IMG/VR virus record: IMGVR_UViG_3300047554_000375
Length of the DNA stretch: 39,429 nucleotides
Source: a virus
Taxonomy: Duplodnaviria > Heunggongvirae > Uroviricota > Caudoviricetes
Strand: one strand, 5' to 3'
Both the position numbers and the translations under genes were made by a program. Below are positions 35,823 through 39,429 of the stretch, one piece after another. The notes beneath the pieces were generated by a model that saw only the letters and a program-made list of their open reading frames with translations, was not told the origin of the DNA and searched no databases. Each line of letters opens with the position of its first letter. Positions within the stretch are counted from its first letter, which is position 1.

Positions 35823-35953
35823 TGCACGAAAACAAAATTAAATTTCTATATTTACTAATGTCCTCTATTGTATTATTATTGGCTTTGGCCTTTAATCAAT
35901 ATGATTTGGCATTTATGACTGCGTTCATGGGTTTTGTTGTAGCGAGTGCGTGA
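35822..35953 (+). CDS. 43-aa membrane peptide (absent from ORF track)
   Basis: TAATG and TGATG coupling at both ends; two hydrophobic stretches. Confidence 0.5.
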   Translation: MHENKIKFLYLLMSSIVLLLALAFNQYDLAFMTAFMGFVVASA

Positions 35954-36537
35954 TGTTTTTATTTGATGTTGAAACTCTGGGTGTAGAATCCAATTCTGTT
36001 ATTCTATCCATGGCATGTGTATATTTTAAATCAGGTGACACACCAAGCCACCAAGAATTAAAAGACTCCGCATTCTTTTGTAAGTTTGATGTAAGTGACC
36101 AAGTAAATAGATTTGGGCGCAAGATTGACCGAGATACTATTGGATGGTGGAAGAAACAATGCAAGAATGCACAAATTAAATCCTTCATACCAAATAAGGA
36201 TTGGGATGTGCCATTTGAGGCTGGGCATGCCGCTATGAAACTATGGGTAGATTCTAAAAACGATCCTAACTGTTGGGTATGGGCCCGTGGTGGATTGGAT
36301 GATGTGGTGCTTTCAAGTATGGAACGAGCCACTGGGTGTGAGAATATATTTGCCTTCAATAGGTGGCGTGATGTGAGAACTGCTGTTGATTTTCTATATG
36401 GTACCACCAGTGGGTATGTTAAAACGGATCGGGATGATTTTGATCCTGCTCTACATATAACTAAACACAATCCAGTGGATGATTGTGTATTTGATGCGAT
36501 GCAATTATTATACGGAGTGAAGAATGATTCTGAATAA
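35953..36537 (+). CDS. DEDDh 3'-5' exonuclease (DexA-like)
   Basis: FDVETL, WARGGLD, RDVRT, HNPVDDCVFD. Confidence 0.85.
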   Translation: MFLFDVETLGVESNSVILSMACVYFKSGDTPSHQELKDSAFFCKFDVSDQVNRFGRKIDRDTIGWWKKQCKNAQIKSFIPNKDWDVPFEAGHAAMKLWVDSKNDPNCWVWARGGLDDVVLSSMERATGCENIFAFNRWRDVRTAVDFLYGTTSGYVKTDRDDFDPALHITKHNPVDDCVFDAMQLLYGVKNDSE

Positions 36538-36712
36538 AACTGACCTTGAGGTGATTAATAAAATAGTGGAAGAGAATAATATCTCCTATTTCAAATTAAT
36601 TCAACAATCGGGGGCTGGTATTGGATATATTACTGACCTAGAATTTGAGACTGATATTAATGGCCGATTGGCTACGGTGAAGATGCCGGTATCGGATGAG
36701 GACCAGTGGTGA
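36524..36712 (+). CDS. Hypothetical protein
   Basis: GGAG RBS; overlapping chain. Confidence 0.6.
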   Translation: MILNKTDLEVINKIVEENNISYFKLIQQSGAGIGYITDLEFETDINGRLATVKMPVSDEDQW

Positions 36713-37278
36713 TTAAATTAACTATCGCCGAGACACCGGAAGATAAGAAGATGGCTGATACTATTGTGGTCAATCACCATAGTTATGTGGCTTCAGCCCG
36801 TACCGTTGGTCGCTGTATGAAATATCTAATTCATTATGAGGATAGAATTGTCGGTACATTTTGGATAGGATCAGGCTTCAAACCAACACCTAAGGCCATA
36901 TTAAATCATTTTAATATGAGCCAGAAAGAATATGATGGTATATTTAATAGAGTGGCTGATAACAAACGATTTTGTATGGCCGAGAGGATACCCAATATTG
37001 GTAGCCAGATATTAAAACAAATTAGAATCCGAGCCAAGGCTGATTGGAAGAATAGATATGGTGATGACCTCATGGCTATTATTACCACCATAGGTCCCTC
37101 GCATAATGGATCAGTTTATTTGGCTGATAATTGGAAGAATATTGGTGAGACAGCCGGACTGCCAGCCGATAGAAAATCAGTATCAATGAAATGGGATGAT
37201 ACTGAGGGTATTAAAGAAAAGTATGTTAAGCCAACCGGTGAGAATAAAAAGAAAATCCTTATAACGGAGAGATTATGA
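36709..37278 (+). CDS. DUF4338 (Druantia DruA)/Mom-like GNAT-fold protein
   Basis: HHSYV..GR..KYLI, NKRF, NIGSQIL, DWKNRYG, GSVYLADNWKNIGETAG. Confidence 0.65.
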   Translation: MIKLTIAETPEDKKMADTIVVNHHSYVASARTVGRCMKYLIHYEDRIVGTFWIGSGFKPTPKAILNHFNMSQKEYDGIFNRVADNKRFCMAERIPNIGSQILKQIRIRAKADWKNRYGDDLMAIITTIGPSHNGSVYLADNWKNIGETAGLPADRKSVSMKWDDTEGIKEKYVKPTGENKKKILITERL

Positions 37279-37451
37279 AAAGATATAAAGATTTTAATGA
37301 ATGGTTCTTTGAAGGCGAGGAGTATGCCATGAGAGCCGAGAGATTCTATGATATGCTACCCACAATGACACCGGAGATGGTGGTACGATGGCTGGAAGCA
37401 TCCTTTGATGCGGGTAGAGAATATTCTAATGGACCGAAGGATAATAAATGA
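37275..37451 (+). CDS. 58-aa hypothetical protein (absent from ORF track)
   Basis: GGAG RBS; ATGA overlaps at both ends. Confidence 0.6.
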   Translation: MKRYKDFNEWFFEGEEYAMRAERFYDMLPTMTPEMVVRWLEASFDAGREYSNGPKDNK

Positions 37452-37885
37452 AACAATATCATTGCTGGTGTTATGATTGCCTAAAAGATATGGAAGAGGA
37501 TGGATGGCCTATCACCCTATCACGGATGATATTATGTCCGGTGTGTGGTAATAAACGATGCCCAAGGGCTACTAATCATAATAATCCCTGCACTAATTCT
37601 AATGAGCCAGGACAGCCAGGTAGCCGGTACTCCAATAATTTTTATCAACCTGATAATATCTTTGATATTCCTGCTATTGAGAATACCGATTATGGTGCAT
37701 TAAAGATAAAAGAATATGAAACACCGTTTGTAATTGAGTGTAAGAATAGAGAAGGACAAGAGATATTCAGGCTGACCCAGGAAGGTGATATATTCTGGAA
37801 AGGTAGAAAGATTGAATCGGATGATGAGATAAGAAAAGCCACCACCGATTTCCTATTAACATGGATGAATGGAATGAATAAATGA
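37448..37885 (+). CDS. Cys-rich zinc-binding hypothetical protein
   Basis: CWCYDC, MILCPVCGNKRCPRATNH. Confidence 0.7.
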   Translation: MKQYHCWCYDCLKDMEEDGWPITLSRMILCPVCGNKRCPRATNHNNPCTNSNEPGQPGSRYSNNFYQPDNIFDIPAIENTDYGALKIKEYETPFVIECKNREGQEIFRLTQEGDIFWKGRKIESDDEIRKATTDFLLTWMNGMNK

Positions 37886-38139
37886 AACAATGGCAAGAAA
37901 AAGAATTTAGCCAATGGGTATATTACGATGACCAGGACGGGCGAATCATCGGTGCGGTATATAAAATTGGTACATCCACCGGTATATGGGGAGCCAAGGT
38001 ATACTCTATTAAAAACGAAGAGAAAGTCCTAGGCCAGTATATTGATTCGGACCATGCTAGAAAGGCTACCGAACTATTCTGGGAAATTGATAGCCGAACC
38101 GTATTAGAATATAAAGGAGTAAATAATGGACCTAAGTAA
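37882..38139 (+). CDS. Hypothetical protein
   Basis: ATGA coupling. Confidence 0.65.
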   Translation: MKQWQEKEFSQWVYYDDQDGRIIGAVYKIGTSTGIWGAKVYSIKNEEKVLGQYIDSDHARKATELFWEIDSRTVLEYKGVNNGPK

Positions 38140-38329
38140 CCTAATCTATATTGACCTATTAGAATTGTATATGCTGGACTTGGAGCAAGAGAATAAGTTA
38201 TTAAATATTCAATTGACAGCCATGGATATATTAAAGAATCAGCCACGAGATTTATACACACCACCAATAACTCAACCCTACCCATGGTATCCACCATATA
38301 AAGTAACATGCCAAAATGTCGTATCCTAA
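38126..38329 (+). CDS. Hypothetical protein
   Basis: AAGGAG RBS. Confidence 0.55.
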   Translation: MDLSNLIYIDLLELYMLDLEQENKLLNIQLTAMDILKNQPRDLYTPPITQPYPWYPPYKVTCQNVVS

Positions 38330-38504
38330 TTATGGTAATATAAAGATGCGAGGCAAAAAGGAAAAACTCCTGAGATGCACCTGTTGCGTAGCCGAGAATA
38401 GAAAATACCAAGAGTATTTGAAACAGGCGGCTAAAGAGATTAAAGAAGAACTTGATAGAGAATTGATATGCCAAACCGCCGAGAAATATTCAAAGAATTC
38501 CTAA
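38316..38504 (+). CDS. Hypothetical basic protein
   Basis: Overlap chain; CTCC. Confidence 0.5.
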   Translation: MSYPNYGNIKMRGKKEKLLRCTCCVAENRKYQEYLKQAAKEIKEELDRELICQTAEKYSKNS

Positions 38505-38641
38505 AGGAAATCCTAAAAGGATATACCGATCCAGTAAAAGAATGTAAATTATACAAGGAACAATCCTGTAGCCATGTGGATGGATTCCTATGCCAATATA
38601 ATACATGCCAAATGAGGAAAGATTATGAATCAAACCTTTGA
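38468..38641 (+). CDS. 57-aa Cys-rich hypothetical protein (absent from ORF track)
   Basis: Fills the gap; DPVKEC...CSHVDGFLC...C. Confidence 0.5.
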   Translation: MPNRREIFKEFLKEILKGYTDPVKECKLYKEQSCSHVDGFLCQYNTCQMRKDYESNL

Positions 38642-38855
38642 GTCCCAAGTTATTAGAAAACAAAATCTAATAGCAAAACACCAGAAGGAATTAAAAGCCC
38701 TTCTATTACAATGTCCACATCCAAAGGTAGAGAGAAAAGAATCCTATTACTCCGGTGATTATTATGATAAAGCATATACAAGATACTGGAATCAATGCAT
38801 GGTATGTGGTACCACATCCGAATCACAAATACAACAACACAATTACTATGGATAA
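38625..38855 (+). CDS. Hypothetical zinc-ribbon protein
   Basis: GAGGA RBS; CPH...CMVCG. Confidence 0.6.
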   Translation: MNQTFESQVIRKQNLIAKHQKELKALLLQCPHPKVERKESYYSGDYYDKAYTRYWNQCMVCGTTSESQIQQHNYYG

Positions 38856-39048
38856 TAAAACCGATCCAATCCTAGGCTATGATGGTGATGAGCCTATTAT
38901 TCAACCAAAAGGAATGGTATATACAAGAGCCTTTATATTCTGTAGAGAATGTAATAAGCCAATATCGGCCCATGGAGGTCCTAGGTATAATGCTGTATGT
39001 GTGGAGTGTTATGTGAATAACCCTGTGAATAACTCTAATAATATGTGA
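38848..39048 (+). CDS. Hypothetical zinc-ribbon protein
   Basis: CREC...CVEC; overlap with upstream gene. Confidence 0.5.
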   Translation: MDNKTDPILGYDGDEPIIQPKGMVYTRAFIFCRECNKPISAHGGPRYNAVCVECYVNNPVNNSNNM

Positions 39049-39063
39049 ATAACCTGTGCATAA
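39012..39063 (-). repeat. Four co-oriented DnaA-box consensus 9-mers
   Basis: + strand TGTGAATAA at 39012, 39024, 39044 and TGTGCATAA at 39055; reverse complement TTAT(T/G)CACA. Confidence 0.7.
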
Positions 39064-39095
39064 CCATGATGCAACTCCACTACTGAGAAAATCGG

Positions 39096-39103
39096 TATAA
39101 ATA
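39096..39103 (+). promoter_or_regulatory. T4-type late promoter
   Basis: Exact TATAAATA 7 nt before ATG 39111. Confidence 0.65.
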
Positions 39104-39110
39104 CGAGCCT

Positions 39111-39428
39111 ATGAAGATATGTCCAAAATGCGGAAAAGAACACCAGAAAAGAGGTCCATTTTGCGGATACTCCTGTGCAAACTCCCGTGAACAATCCGAT
39201 GAACTGAAGGCCCAAAAATCAGCCAAACTAAAGGAGTATCATGCAACACCAGAAGGTGCCGCCACTAGGTCCATTGCATCGGACTTTGCATCACGCCTAA
39301 ACAAGAACAAGGCCCTTGAACGAGCCGGCGAATATGTGTTGAGTGACCCAGATTGGATGTTGGACATTCCATTGACTACTGATAACATGCATACATATCC
39401 CGATGAGGACGACACCTCATGGCTATAA
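39111..39428 (+). CDS. Zinc-finger protein resembling the DNA-binding N-terminus of phage homing endonucleases
   Basis: CPKCG...FCGYSCANSR followed by a basic helix; no HNH or GIY-YIG core visible. Confidence 0.6.
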   Translation: MKICPKCGKEHQKRGPFCGYSCANSREQSDELKAQKSAKLKEYHATPEGAATRSIASDFASRLNKNKALERAGEYVLSDPDWMLDIPLTTDNMHTYPDEDDTSWL

Positions 39429-39429
39429 G

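Noticed and set aside
37275-37451. MKRYKDFNEWFFE as another capsid-targeting leader
   Set aside because: Lies in an early small-gene run without a late promoter and the match is loose; likely coincidental
39012-39063. Repeats as a mini-CRISPR array
   Set aside because: Repeat is only 10 bp with 1-10 bp gaps; no spacer-length units or cas genes
18-39215. Numerous minus-strand ORFs of 60-183 aa in the ORF track
   Set aside because: All overlap well-supported, coupled plus-strand genes and show no recognisable motifs; treated as antisense shadows
30706-39428. Stop-codon recoding to explain the many short ORFs
   Set aside because: Short ORFs have their own RBS and ATGA/TAATG coupling in different frames, and core genes are intact under the standard code

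Overview
A 39.4 kb, AT-rich, gene-dense segment of a T4-like (Tevenvirinae-related) myophage genome, with every credible gene on the + strand. The host is a Gram-negative bacterium (spanins are present) and possibly a PHA-storing betaproteobacterium (inference). Order: replication core (gp43 partial, uvsX, gp40-like, gp41); a ~21 kb block opened by T4-type late promoters, holding a PD-(D/E)xK nuclease, a ligase-fold protein, a 10-gene sugar/glycosylation cluster, putative virion-internal proteins and a clustered lysis cassette; then primase gp61, thyX, nrdA, a GATase-like gene, thioredoxin and nrdB; then ~9 kb of small genes behind sigma70 promoters. Main points of interest: (1) several proteins start with T4 capsid-targeting-like leaders and look like modular polyproteins with putative prohead-protease sites, carrying enzyme cargo (HxGH nucleotidyltransferase plus P-loop kinase, an orphan HicA RNase domain, a KxDG ligase); (2) a PhaR-like operator upstream of a phasin-like gene; (3) four tandem DnaA boxes; (4) promoters built into hairpins/terminators, some apparently leaderless; (5) an overprinted gene with its own RBS. 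Family assignments come from motif recognition by eye and memory; no database searches were run.
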